Below are positions 19,034 through 28,800 of a DNA stretch of 32,543 nucleotides, piece by piece. Numbering within the stretch: position 1 is the first letter of the stretch; every line of letters begins with the position of its first letter. Origin of the DNA: Chitinivibrionales bacterium. Its GTDB lineage: Bacteria > Fibrobacterota > Chitinivibrionia > Chitinivibrionales > WJKA01. The DNA is taken from contig JBBRUX010000043.1 of assembly GCA_038247415.1 (NCBI GenBank), positions 1 to 32,543 of the forward strand, in the 5' to 3' direction. Made by a program: the position numbers and the translations under genes. The notes beneath the pieces are model-generated. The model saw nothing but the letters and a program-made list of their open reading frames with translations. It was not told where the DNA came from and searched no databases.

Positions 19034-19170
19034 GAAATGTGCGTTGCACATAATCAACTGATTAAACGCAATCGATCACTTTTCTGCACCATTTTAGCCT
19101 AGCATTAATTACTTTATTTTAGTGTCTTTTTGAGTGATGAGGGAGCTAAAATCTTTCGAAAAGGATATTC

Positions 19171-20214
19171 ATGGGATCTCGGGGCATGTCGTTTTTAGCT
19201 GGATTTAGGCCAATTAAGCTGTTTGATGCTTGCATGATGGCAGTGGGTATTCTTTGTATGAGCGCAACCGTCGCGGATGTTGCGCCGGGGTATCAAGCAC
19301 GAATAATCAAGCCAGGCGAAACGATTTCATTGCTCTGCATCGAATTGTATGGGCACTATGCTCCTTCTATGGGTGCTGCGCTTCAAAAAGCTAATCCGAC
19401 TCTTACCGATATCAATAAAATTACCCCCGGGCAAAAAATCCTCTTTAAAGATCCAGTACAGGCTCCTGTTAAGGCGCACCCAACTCCCGGAGTATCCACT
19501 CCAGGGAATCCTCCAGAAGAATCTTCCGTATTCGAAAAGCAATTGACCATTACACAGGGTGTTGTAACCTATTTGGAGGGTGAGGCAACTATTGTTGATA
19601 CTCACGGAAAAAAGGCCTCCCTCAAGGTCAATGCTCTGGTGTATCCAGGAGACATTATTCAAACCTCTAAATCTGGTCGCGTCGAAATAATAATCAACCG
19701 CGAAACGGTTGTCCGGATTAGAGAAAATACCAAAACATCCTTAGTTGCTTTTCGAACCAACGGTATAGATAAAGGTGCAACACGGGTAGGATTTTCTTCG
19801 GGAAGCGTATGGACAAAAATGAAGAAATTTGCGGATCGGGTAACACGATTTCAGCTTGAGCTTCCAACCGCCATAGCCGGGGTTCACGGTACGGTATATA
19901 ATGCGACTATTAATCGGGATAGTTCTTCGGCTGTTTCTGTGTATGAGGGTGAAGTAGCGGTTCAAAATGCTCCAGAAACCTATGAAAGTGGTCAGGTCCT
20001 CGAGGTTGCAGCCCCCGCAGAAGTAGCCGGGCCACACGAAGTATCACTTGACGAATGGGTTTACATTATTAAAGCAATGCAAACCATTGCCATCGATAAA
20101 CACGGCGTTGCCAAGAATCCCGAAACTTTTACAAAAAACGAAAATGATTCCTGGGTTGCTTTTAACGAAGAGCGCGATCGACAGGTGTCTGCAATCATAG
20201 ATGGAAAAGAATAA
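19171..20214 (+). CDS. Exported LysM + FecR domain protein
   Basis: Signal-like N-terminus. LysM 'IIKPGETISLLCIELYG...KANPTLTDINKITPGQKIL'. Pro-rich linker. FecR 'VTYLEGEATI..GDIIQT..GRVEI..VRIRENT..GSVW..LPTAIAGVHGT..VSVYEGEVAV'. Confidence 0.85.
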   Translation: MGSRGMSFLAGFRPIKLFDACMMAVGILCMSATVADVAPGYQARIIKPGETISLLCIELYGHYAPSMGAALQKANPTLTDINKITPGQKILFKDPVQAPVKAHPTPGVSTPGNPPEESSVFEKQLTITQGVVTYLEGEATIVDTHGKKASLKVNALVYPGDIIQTSKSGRVEIIINRETVVRIRENTKTSLVAFRTNGIDKGATRVGFSSGSVWTKMKKFADRVTRFQLELPTAIAGVHGTVYNATINRDSSSAVSVYEGEVAVQNAPETYESGQVLEVAAPAEVAGPHEVSLDEWVYIIKAMQTIAIDKHGVAKNPETFTKNENDSWVAFNEERDRQVSAIIDGKE

Positions 20215-22559
20215 TGGATATAAGGAAAATTAGCATTCTTGGTGTAGGAACGGTACTGCTCATTGGATCTAGTATCGTTTCGATGCTTATTGGAGCAGAA
20301 GATTTCTTTTACGGACTTAATTTTCTCTCAAGCAGAAAACCTACAACCGACGCCGTGGTGATTGTGGGTGTAGATCCTGCAAGTGTCAATGCCGTTGGCG
20401 GATGGCCGTGGTCCCGTTCGACGCTTGCAAATCTGTTTGAACGCATTCAACAGGCATCTCCAAAGGCTGTGGCTCTCGATTTGTTTTTTCCAAAACGAGA
20501 TGGTGTTGAGCAGAATGATAGCCTCGCACATGTGTTTTCCCGCATGCCGCATCTGGTGCTTCCATTTAGTTTTGGTATAGATCCGACAGTGCACAACGAG
20601 ATGCCCATAGATGTTTCCCCCCACCTTTATTCGAGCAGATTCCAGATGCTTGCAAACCCCAATGCGATGCAGGGAATCACAGTTTATCGGGCAATTTCTG
20701 CATCTGCTCCGGATAGTCAATTTCTGATACATGCGGCGCGAAGTGGCTTCATGAATGTCCCTACACGCAAAAATGGCCAAGTGCTGCGCGAGGTGATCCA
20801 TGTTGTTCAAATTAACGATGATTACTATCCAAGCTTTGGTTTGGCTGCGCTTGCAGCGTATCGTGACTTAGGTCCCACATCGTTTACACTTGATGGAGCT
20901 GGCACAGTGCACGTCGGGAACCTTGATGTCCCTTTAAGTTCGTATGCAGCCTCTACGCGGGTCAACTTTCGCGGCAGGGCAGGTACTATTAAAACCGTGT
21001 CGGCAGGAGATGTTCTACGGGGCGCCATCGATCCATCGGTATTTGCGCAGAAGCTTGTTTTTGTAGGTATCACCGATCCTGGAGCGGGAGTCGATGTTTT
21101 TGCCACTCCTGTTGGCCCGCAGTTTCCCGGGGTAGAGGTATGGGCCAATGCTGTTCTTGATATTTTAGAAAAAACACCCGTGCGCAGTGGCGGCATTTTT
21201 GAAATACTCATGTGGTGTCTCGCATTTTTTATTTTCCCGGGTTTGGCCTTTATTCTTCCTGCTAAAAAAAATATTCTTGCCGTAATCGTAAGCGCAGGAT
21301 TGTGCATCTGTGCGGTAGGCGGATCGTTGGCATTGTTTCGTATGGTATCGTCTTTTGTCAATCCTATGCCCGTACTCATTGCTTGGGTTTTTGGGGTTTG
21401 CTGGCTCGCGCTCAGTAGAATCAAACCAGAGCTTGTTGCCGGTTCTGCTAACCTCTGCTTTGAATCTGATTCCTTAGCAATGCTCGAAGTGTTGCCCCCT
21501 CCCAGCGAAAATGATTTTTGTAAAGTAATCCCTCAAACCGATACGGCGCACTTTGTTGTTAAAAAATTAACTGCCCAAAACCACTTTGCAGTTGTGGCTG
21601 CTCACGATTCTACCATGGTAGAAACCAATACGGCTGCGCTGCAAGCTTCCGAGAGCGCTCTATTGGCTGCGTTTGGTGATCTTTGCAATGGGAGAATTAT
21701 AAAGCTTTTAGGGAGTGGCGGCATGGCAGATGTGTATCTGATTTGGAATGCTCGTATGGAAGTGTATCGGGCCGTTAAAGTTGTTAAGCCAGAGCAGTCA
21801 GAATCTGTTATGAGCCGCTTCGAAACAGAAATTCGTATCCTTGCGCATATGAATCATCCTCATATTGTTCAAAGCTATGCTGTTATGCAATGGCATTCGC
21901 TTCCCTGTATTGAAATGGAATATGTCAATGGCATATCGCTTGATGAAGTATTAACTCGCTGCAAAGTGTTGTCTGCACCGCAGGTTATTGCAATAGGGAT
22001 TTTGGTATGTAAAGCATTATCGTATGCGCATCGTCATTCGGTAACCCTCTATGGCACGGTATACAAAGGCGTAATCCATCGAGATCTAAAACCTGCCAAT
22101 ATCATGTTATCACGCACGGGGCACATTAAGCTTACCGATTTTGGCATAGCGCGGCCTAATGAGGTTAGTTTGCATACCGGAGAATCACAATCTATTGTTG
22201 GAACAATTCCTTATCTTGCGCCCGAGCAAGTCGATGGAATTTCTATCACCCACCGTGCTGATATTTATGCACTGGGTGTAACCTTATACGAATTGGTGTG
22301 TGGGGAACGTGCTTTGCCCCAAAAGGATCTTACATCCCTTTTGCAGGCAAAAACAACCGGTACCATCAAACCTCTTCCTACAAGCCTTGTTCCTCCGCTT
22401 TTGTCCGATGTGATACATAAAGCTGTTGCAGTAGATCCTGAACATCGGTATGCTACGGCGCTGGATATGGAACAAGCACTCACAAAAGTGTGGACGCAAT
22501 TTATTAAAGAACCAAGTGAAACAGTTTTAGAAAAACTTGTTAGACGGGTATGGAACTAA
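20214..22559 (+). CDS. CHASE2 sensor - 3 TM - Ser/Thr protein kinase
   Basis: CHASE2 'VVIVGVD..GGWPWSRS..AVALDLFF..KLVFVG..FATPVG..PGVEVWAN'. Three hydrophobic helices. Kinase GSGGMADV, AVK, HRDLKPAN, DFG, GTIPYLAPE, DIYALG. TAATG overlap with the upstream gene. Confidence 0.92.
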   Translation: MDIRKISILGVGTVLLIGSSIVSMLIGAEDFFYGLNFLSSRKPTTDAVVIVGVDPASVNAVGGWPWSRSTLANLFERIQQASPKAVALDLFFPKRDGVEQNDSLAHVFSRMPHLVLPFSFGIDPTVHNEMPIDVSPHLYSSRFQMLANPNAMQGITVYRAISASAPDSQFLIHAARSGFMNVPTRKNGQVLREVIHVVQINDDYYPSFGLAALAAYRDLGPTSFTLDGAGTVHVGNLDVPLSSYAASTRVNFRGRAGTIKTVSAGDVLRGAIDPSVFAQKLVFVGITDPGAGVDVFATPVGPQFPGVEVWANAVLDILEKTPVRSGGIFEILMWCLAFFIFPGLAFILPAKKNILAVIVSAGLCICAVGGSLALFRMVSSFVNPMPVLIAWVFGVCWLALSRIKPELVAGSANLCFESDSLAMLEVLPPPSENDFCKVIPQTDTAHFVVKKLTAQNHFAVVAAHDSTMVETNTAALQASESALLAAFGDLCNGRIIKLLGSGGMADVYLIWNARMEVYRAVKVVKPEQSESVMSRFETEIRILAHMNHPHIVQSYAVMQWHSLPCIEMEYVNGISLDEVLTRCKVLSAPQVIAIGILVCKALSYAHRHSVTLYGTVYKGVIHRDLKPANIMLSRTGHIKLTDFGIARPNEVSLHTGESQSIVGTIPYLAPEQVDGISITHRADIYALGVTLYELVCGERALPQKDLTSLLQAKTTGTIKPLPTSLVPPLLSDVIHKAVAVDPEHRYATALDMEQALTKVWTQFIKEPSETVLEKLVRRVWN

Positions 22560-24232
22560 TGCATTATTATCTTGAAATTACGCGAGGCTTTGAGCTTGGC
22601 AAACGATTCCCTCTGCCCGAAGGGGCTACGTCTATTGGGCGGTCTTCACAAAATTCCCTTGCGTTTGACCCATCTCAAAAAAATGTTTCCAGCCATCATG
22701 CCATTATTTACAAAAGTGGTGATCGTATTGCTTATCAAGATCTCGATTCGACCAATGGTAGCTTTGTCAACGAGCAGCAAGTAACAGAAAAAGCGCTTGT
22801 TGTAGGGGACGAAATAGGTTTAGGAAAGAACGGCCCGCGCTTGAAGTTGTACGAATCAGAGACAGAAATTTCAGCGCCTTCTCCGGGGGTCTCATTTGCA
22901 AAAACAACTACCACTCCGCGTGATGGAAGCTATGGTATCGAAGATTCTACCGAAAAAATTGGTATGCATAGCGTTCAATCTACTGCAATGGAACCTAACG
23001 CACTCCGAGCGCAAAAAGAAGCGCATATATTTGCCAGCAATCAGTTTGACGAAAGCGAGCCTCTCTCAAATACTATGCATATGGAAAAGAAGCTTTTCAG
23101 CAAGGAAATAGATGCAAAAGATATGGGCAAGCTTCTCAAAAATGGGCGCATGGTAGAAAAAATCATAGAGCGCGGAAATATCAGTCATACCCAATCTACC
23201 ATGTTGCGAACAACGCTGCATGCGTCAAGAAATAATAATCGGCAGTGGATGATAATTCTTGGTATCGTATGCGTTGTGTCTTTGGCTGCAATAAGTTTTT
23301 TTGCCATTCGAGCCTATCAATATCACGCTATTCTGAGCAAAGGGCTAACTCTTAAAGATGCTCTTAATAAGCAGGAGCGCACTATTGCTAAAGCCCAAAA
23401 CGACCCGAAAGTAAGTGATAGCCGCTTAAAGGATCTGATTGCACAACTTGAAGCAACAAAAAGCCAACTCGCAGAAGTTAAATCTCGTGTCAACGAAAAA
23501 GATCAGGTCAAATTTTATTCCGATCCTATCGAAGAAGCTATCGATAAGATACTTCGAGGCTTTGGCGATAATAATTATTCCATTCCTCCCCAGATGGTAG
23601 AACGAGTAAAATTCCATATTAATTTTTACGCCTATCAGAATGCAGGTATGATGAGCAGATATCTCATTCGTAAAGAAGAATATTTTCCTACCATTATCCG
23701 CGTATTTGCAGAAAAAAAGCTCCCTAAAGAGCTTGCATTTATTTCGATGCTTGAGAGCGGATTTAATCCCAAGGCTTTAAGCCCCGTAGGAGCGAGAGGC
23801 TTATGGCAATTTATGCCTGCAACGGGTCAACGATATGGGTTAACGGTAAATGACATTGTTGACGAGAGATTAGATCCGGAAAAAGCTACCTATGCCGCAG
23901 CCGAATACTTTAAAGATCTGGTAGCTATTTTTGGTGGGCAAAGCTCGGTAATGCTTGCAATGGCAGCGTATAATGCCGGAGAAGGCCGCATTATGGGAGT
24001 GTTGCGCAAAATCGACGATCCCATGCGCAATCGGGATTTCTGGTATATTTATCGCATGGGGTATCTGGCAGACGAAACCCGTGAGTACATACCACGCGTT
24101 ATCGCGCTCATGATAATTTCCGATAAGCCAGAAAATTTCAAGCTACGAAAAGGCATCCCCGCAACCGTTAATACTGCGGCTCTCGAAAACGAAAACGACT
24201 TTATCAAGCTCGATATTCCTGCAGGTAAATAG
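22559..24232 (+). CDS. FHA - TM - coiled coil - MltD-like lytic transglycosylase (SLT/GH23)
   Basis: FHA 'SIGR..VSSHHA..DLDSTNGSFVN..LGKNGP'. TM 'WMIILGIVCVVSLAAISFFAI'. Coiled coil. SLT motifs ESGFNP, GARGLWQFMP, AYNAG, ETREYIPR. Start placed at the TAATG overlap (alternative ATG at 22550). Confidence 0.9.
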   Translation: MHYYLEITRGFELGKRFPLPEGATSIGRSSQNSLAFDPSQKNVSSHHAIIYKSGDRIAYQDLDSTNGSFVNEQQVTEKALVVGDEIGLGKNGPRLKLYESETEISAPSPGVSFAKTTTTPRDGSYGIEDSTEKIGMHSVQSTAMEPNALRAQKEAHIFASNQFDESEPLSNTMHMEKKLFSKEIDAKDMGKLLKNGRMVEKIIERGNISHTQSTMLRTTLHASRNNNRQWMIILGIVCVVSLAAISFFAIRAYQYHAILSKGLTLKDALNKQERTIAKAQNDPKVSDSRLKDLIAQLEATKSQLAEVKSRVNEKDQVKFYSDPIEEAIDKILRGFGDNNYSIPPQMVERVKFHINFYAYQNAGMMSRYLIRKEEYFPTIIRVFAEKKLPKELAFISMLESGFNPKALSPVGARGLWQFMPATGQRYGLTVNDIVDERLDPEKATYAAAEYFKDLVAIFGGQSSVMLAMAAYNAGEGRIMGVLRKIDDPMRNRDFWYIYRMGYLADETREYIPRVIALMIISDKPENFKLRKGIPATVNTAALENENDFIKLDIPAGK

Positions 24233-25203
24233 TGCCTCGTCCATCCTTTGCCTATCTTGAACCATCCGAGTGGGAAATTAAAATTAGTGCGGCCGATGCC
24301 CTTGCATCGGCCTGCCGACTATGCCCGCGTGCGTGTGGTGTCAATCGCCATAGTGGGCAAACAGGTTTTTGTGGCGCAACCAATGCTATGAAAATATCAA
24401 GCATTTTCCCTCATTTTGGCGAAGAACCCCCCTTGTGTGGCACGGGCGGATCGGGTACCATTTTTTTCTCTCATTGTACTCTGGGTTGTTGCTTTTGTCA
24501 AAATTATCAGCTGAGCGACAATGGCATTGGCGACACATACACCGTTTCTGATCTTGCCCTAAAAATGCTCGATGTAATGGCGCGCGGTTGTCATAATATT
24601 AATCTTGTTACCGCAACTCATTATTTGCCCTGGATGCTACGAGCCTTGCAAAGCGCTGCAGAACAGGGATTAGAAATCCCACTTGTTTATAACTGTGGCG
24701 GCTATGAGTCCTTAGAAACTATCGATATACTTAAGGGAATTGTTGATATTTGGCTTCCCGATATGAAATACGGATCAAATAAAAAAGCCGATCTCTACAG
24801 TGGCGCATCAAATTATGTTGAGGTAAATCGTGCTGCAATTGCTGCAATGATGAAACAGTGCGGGCCCTTAAAAGTCGACAAAAATGGGATTGGTTACCGA
24901 GGGGTAATCATTCGACATTTGGTTTTACCAAATCAGGTGGAAGAGAGCCTTTCTTTAGTCGAGTATCTTACAAACCATTTTGACCCCGATGATTGTATCC
25001 TTTCGCTCATGGCACAGTACACCCCTTTACATAGGGCGTTAGATTTTCCGGAGCTTTCACGAAAACTCACTCAAGAAGAATATCGCGTGGTGTATGAAAG
25101 GTGCTTGAAAATCGGGTTTGATGGTTTTTATCAGAATCTAGAAAGTATGGATGATGGGTTTGTGATTGATTTTACAAAGAGAAAAGCCGAAGAATTACGA
25201 TGA
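24232..25203 (+). CDS. Radical SAM protein, PflX-like (putative PFL-activating enzyme family)
   Basis: N-terminal CRLCPRAC..GFC, HFGEEPP..GSGTIFF, CxxxCxxC (CTLGCCFCQN), GCHNINLVT, LPDMKYG, IIRHLVLP. GTG start overlaps the upstream TAG. Confidence 0.88.
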   Translation: MPRPSFAYLEPSEWEIKISAADALASACRLCPRACGVNRHSGQTGFCGATNAMKISSIFPHFGEEPPLCGTGGSGTIFFSHCTLGCCFCQNYQLSDNGIGDTYTVSDLALKMLDVMARGCHNINLVTATHYLPWMLRALQSAAEQGLEIPLVYNCGGYESLETIDILKGIVDIWLPDMKYGSNKKADLYSGASNYVEVNRAAIAAMMKQCGPLKVDKNGIGYRGVIIRHLVLPNQVEESLSLVEYLTNHFDPDDCILSLMAQYTPLHRALDFPELSRKLTQEEYRVVYERCLKIGFDGFYQNLESMDDGFVIDFTKRKAEELR

Positions 25204-25347
25204 ATAGGCAGTTTGTTGAGACACGTGATATCGTGAGCGTGCGATGTAAAAAGGAAGTCATGCTAGAAAGGCAAGATATTCTGTGCCTAGCAAATGTCCT
25301 TGCATGAGATTAATTTAAATAAAAAGCGGAGTTTAGCTCAAAAGCAT

Positions 25348-25707
25348 GTCGCTGTTGAAAGTGCTGTTGCGATACTTGAAACTGTAGGGTTCAAATCAGA
25401 GCGTTTCGAATGGTCAATTAATTTTAAAGGTGCATCAAAAGTCAGTATTCAAATAAGTACTGAAGATTTTTATAAAGATTTTCCAAGTAGATCTGTTCCT
25501 GCGGATGTACATGGGATTCTCATGCGAGTTGCATCTCTTGAAGATACTTTACAAGGAAAAGTTGAAGCTTGGAAAGATAAAAATATGAGGCAAAGTAAAA
25601 AGATAAAAGATCTCGCTGATGTAGCTCGACTGGTCGAAAGCCATCCACACTTGTGGAGTATTTTGGATAAGGAGCTTCAAGCTTTAATAGAAAAGCCTTG
25701 CCAATAA
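25348..25707 (+). pseudogene. N-terminally truncated nucleotidyltransferase (AbiEii-like/stand-alone NTase family)
   Basis: 'GFKSERFEWSINF..IQISTE..VASLEDTLQGK..W..RQSKKIKDLADVARL' is the C-terminal part of this family. The N-terminal GG..A / DxD catalytic region is absent, and the first about 18 aa of the ORF from 25294 look unrelated. Confidence 0.6.
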
Positions 25708-25776
25708 ACCCCTCGATATCTTTACAAAAAAAACTTGACCAGTGCAAAATAGAGCTTAAAAAATGTCCCTTTGTCG

Positions 25777-25800
25777 GCAACAACTAATTGTAGTTGTTGC
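25777..25800. terminator. Perfect 10-bp hairpin between convergent genes; possible terminator
   Basis: GCAACAACTA-attg-TAGTTGTTGC, 20 bp beyond the stop of the giant minus-strand gene. No adjacent U-tract. Confidence 0.4.
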
Positions 25801-25820
25801 ACGGTCAAGGGCCTCATAAA

Positions 25821-28800
25821 TCATTTATCCTTGATTCCTAGCAAAAAGGTCTGCTTTGAACTTCCGAGATTGCCTTTGCTGAGTAGCGAAATCATATATA
25901 CTCCCGGTGCGCAGGCCATTCCCATTTCGTCGCGACCGTTCCAGTACAGAGAATACATTTTTGATCCCTGTGCAGCCTTAACCTCGTCGGCAATATCACG
26001 AACTGGAGTTTGACGAACTATGCTATGGTTGAAGTTGTAAATCGCTACCTGACAGTGGAGATCAGGAGTACCTTTTTGCGCATCAATTTGGAATTTTATC
26101 ACCGCACCTGCACCGTCATTAAGCACCCACGAAATAGCCTTTGGTTGATCAATTATTTCAAAAGCTGCATTTCGCGAAGAAACTTTCATGGGATTAGGAG
26201 CAGAAACCAGCGGCTGGATTCTTTGAGAGATTAATGCTGGCATCACAAGCGCTGGATTGTCGCCCAGATCGAGAGTACCTTGCTCTATAGTTGTATTGTT
26301 GCTGCCAAGAAGCTGATATTCAAGCGTTAGGCGAGAGTGAGGTTTTGAGGTTGCAGGAAGCCAGAGCGTAGCAACGGTCCCGCTTCCCGAAACGCCGACA
26401 TCTCCAGAAGAAAATCGGGCAAGCGAAGCCTCGCTCCATGAAGGATTTTCTCGCGTTAGTGCTAGTACCTCGGCTTCTTTTTCAAGCACGGTATTATTTG
26501 TTTCAATCGCTACTATGCCAGAGGATCCCCAAATCCGATATCGGCAAGCAACAAGGCCAGAGATATTTTCTACGCGTAAGTCTACACGAGCAGTAGTAGC
26601 CCCTTTTATTAATTCGCATGTAAGAGCAGCGCATTGAAAACGAGCCGGGGCAATTGAGATCGCTGGAGGAATTGACAAAGACGATTGTCGTAAAGAGGAA
26701 GCGCTTGCACTTTCTGCCGGTATCGCCACAACCTTGGTAAGCGATCCACTCTGCTGCGGATGCTGCTGTCCATATGTCCAGTACCAGTCGCGCATAAAAA
26801 CACTCAGATCTCGGTAGTCAAAAAGGCTGTCGGGCGAAAGCACAAAGTAGGGTGAGCTGCCCACTGCTGGGCCTGCTTCCTGGATGCTGTCGGTCTTTTG
26901 CCAGGTGCGAACTGCCGAACGGTTCCAGTACTGTGCCGCCAGAGTAAGGTCCTCAAATCCGACTGTGTCGTTACCCGAAAAATCACCCAGATAGCCAGTA
27001 CGAAACGACCACATAAAATCGTCCGCAGGTGTTCCATCCGACGAATCGTTGGAGTTACCGTCGAGCGATTTCCCGAATTTGTCTTTGACCATGCTTGAAA
27101 CATGAACGGTAAACAGATCGTTGGCTTGGAGATAGAAATACGGGCGAACAGAAATCATGGAATCGGTGCAGGTAACAGTTATGGGAACGGTTCCCTGATG
27201 TGTGCCTATAAGGGTCACCGTTGTTGCATTTACCGTTGCGGCATCAAAAAGCGAAGATCCGCTCTTTACAGAAACAGTTATTGTTGGGATTGCATTGGCC
27301 GCCACGCGGGTGCCCTGCACAGGAGTCGCCTTTGTCAGCTGTAGGGCGGGCGTATTATCCACCACAATAAAAGGCGTTGAATCTGAAAATCCGGGCATAT
27401 GCGATAGGGGCGTAATTCGCACCATAAGCGAATCGAACCGTTTACCTGCCAGATTGTTTTCCGCTGCAGTGTTCCACTGGAGCGTGCCAGTATAATGTGC
27501 TGCGTCGAGGCTGTCACCGCCAAGGATTGCAGTAGAACTGATCCATGCACTCTTAGGAGAGAGGCGATAAACCAGGGCTAAAGATATTTTTTCGTTATCT
27601 GAATCGGATAGCACAAAGGGAATACGCACAATATTGCGCTGCTGCTTAGCAATCTGGCCTAGTTTGCATCGAGGGGCTGGATTAAGGATAACATGCAGAG
27701 AAAATGTCTGCGCACCTATACCGCCATGTTGGTCGTCGGCATTAATGGTAATTGTTTTAGTTCCCGTGTCTGCATCGGTTGGAGACCAGCGCACTACGCC
27801 CGATGCTGCATTAATGGTCATTGTCGCCGGTGCTTTTGCGAGAGCAAACAAAAGACTTGTCGTATCGTAATCGCTTGCGCGTGCCTGGTAGCTATAATCG
27901 GCAAGGCTAATGCACTGGGTGTCGGGCTGGGACACAAAAATTGGCGTATCAAAAGAATCCTTCACCGAGACAAACACATTTTTTGTGACTGACGAAATCC
28001 CATCCGATACCTTGACAGTAAAAGAAATAGTTCCAATGCCGCGGGTATGCGGGGTACCAAATACCGAATCTCCTTGTGCGGTAAGCCATGCAGGAAATTG
28101 GGAAGGAAACAAAATAACAAGGTCGGAAGTTTGTAGATCGCTAGCGGTTGCTCGATAGACAAAGGCGCGATGCTGGGTGGAGCTTGCAGTGTCTGCCGAA
28201 GTGATGACCGGCGGAGTGTTGATGAATTGGACACGAACCTGTACGGACAATCGGCTCACCAGGGTGTCATCGGTGGCCACCACAATAAAACTTGTATCGA
28301 CCGTTGTAGTTAACGGCATTCCCTCAACCACATTACCGGTTGCCAAGAGCCACGATGGCAGGTTTTCGAAGGTGATTTTTACCGCTCGTCCTTCGGGGTC
28401 GTAGGCATCGGCAGTGTAGGCAAATTGCATATTTGTTATAACGCCTTTGAGCGCTGAAGATGTAATGACCGGAGGATCGTTGACCGGTTTTACACTTATT
28501 TTGACGGTGTCGATATCTGATGAAGATGCCCCGGTTGCCACAATGATAAACGATGTGTCTGTCGCACCCTCGGGTGGGATCCCCCAGAGGCTATCGCTTG
28601 ATACATGCAACCATGATGGATATTTTGGAAACGATAAACTTAAGAGCGTGGATGGGTCGAGTACCGTTGCACGATAATTGAAAAGCACATGCTCAATTGC
28701 CGATACCTTGAAAGAAGAGGTGATTTTTACCGGTGTATTTGGCGTAAGGACCGCAACATGCACTTTGAGGGTATCGGACAAGCTGCCATCGGTTGCCACA

